Part shown: positions 36,488 through 37,007 of the stretch, one piece after another
Numbering within the stretch: the stretch's first letter is position 1
How the letters are laid out: each line of letters starts with the position of its first letter
Source: Myxococcota bacterium
Lineage (GTDB): Bacteria; Myxococcota_A; Bradymonadia; UBA7976; UBA1532
Length of the DNA stretch: 37,007 nucleotides
Assembly (NCBI GenBank): GCA_036337435.1
Contig: JAYZEG010000084.1
Coordinates: 1 to 37,007 of the forward strand
Direction: 5' to 3'
Notes under the pieces: model-generated
Databases searched by the model: none
What the model was told of the DNA's origin: nothing
The model's input: the letters and a program-made list of their open reading frames with translations, nothing else
Translations under genes and position numbers: made by a program

Positions 36488-37007
36488 CACTCGATTGCTC
36501 CATGACATCAAACCCCGCTTGCTCTATAACCCGGCCGAGGACGTCGGTGGCAACCCGACCTTCAATTGTCGCCAAAGCCAATTCAAGGGACACATGAGCG
36601 GATTTGACGCCGTCAATGCCTTCTAAGACTCGAGTCAGGCGGCTTGTGCACCCACCACACGTCATACCACCCACATGAATTTTAACGATGTCATTAGATT
36701 GATCCATACGCCTCCCCTTTAGCCACTGTCGAAGATCACCAAAAGCAAAACTGGCCAGCAGGCACCCCATGACCCCTGAAGCCAGCAAGCTCATAATAGA
36801 TTCTGAATGCATGTGGTGACCAGCAGCACCGGCACTCCCCTGCCCAATTACGTGCTCAAAGGCCACCCCTAGAGAAAGACTACCAAGGACTATACCAACT
36901 AGGTAATTTTTGAGGTTAGGGCGGCCGTGGGTGCGATAAACAGCACCGTTGGTCGCCACTTTGGTCGCCGGCCCGGCCATAAGAAAGACCAAAGCGGCCC
37001 CCAATGG
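36480..37007 (-). CDS. Permease (DUF318/ArsP_1, SO_0444-like) with a C-terminal heavy-metal-associated domain; 5' part lies outside the window
   Basis: [13 protein letters not shown] permease motif, a His-rich loop GHHMH, and the HMA motif GMTCGGC...V.SA.V.L. The frame is open to the window end. Confidence 0.82.
   Translation of the reverse strand, partial: PLGAALVFLMAGPATKVATNGAVYRTHGRPNLKNYLVGIVLGSLSLGVAFEHVIGQGSAGAAGHHMHSESIMSLLASGVMGCLLASFAFGDLRQWLKGRRMDQSNDIVKIHVGGMTCGGCTSRLTRVLEGIDGVKSAHVSLELALATIEGRVATDVLGRVIEQAGFDVMEQSSDE

Noticed and set aside
36900..36975. Permease motif reads [10 protein letters not shown] rather than the usual GPATN.ATI
   Set aside because: It lies at the window edge with the gene incomplete. 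I cannot tell divergence from sequence error, so no functional claim is made.
1..37007. Mobile elements, tRNA/rRNA, defence systems, rho-independent terminators
   Set aside because: I found no transposase, integrase, nuclease or RNA-gene signature, and no convincing hairpin plus U-tract, by eye.

Overview
This 37-kb window looks like Myxococcota/deltaproteobacterial DNA, inferred from the gene families. About 35 kb of it is one cell-envelope locus transcribed divergently from a 266-bp gap at 17741-18006. The left arm (minus strand) encodes, in order: a Cys-rich lipoprotein, a VWA lipoprotein with a degenerate MIDAS, an AglR/AglQ/AglS-like (ExbB + 2 ExbD) proton-motor triad, a GltF/CglF-like small protein, a GltG/AgmX-PglI-like TonB-type protein with an unusual N-terminal pseudokinase-like domain, two giant Cys/Asp-repeat lipoproteins, and a GH9 glycoside hydrolase-family gene. 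The ORF track missed the GH9 gene because it runs off the window start; its catalytic DAGD motif reads DAGN. The right arm (plus strand) encodes two MIDAS-intact VWA/thrombospondin-type lipoproteins (MtsD/CglB-like), an MtsF-like lipoprotein, further lipoproteins, a myxobacterial outer-membrane beta-barrel (GltA/B-like), and GltC-like and GltD-like TPR proteins. It is interrupted by one antisense LVIVD lipoprotein gene. Fifteen of the 22 locus genes have lipoprotein-type signal peptides. The window ends with mmsA and a partial permease-HMA gene. All family calls come from motif recognition by eye; no database search was run.
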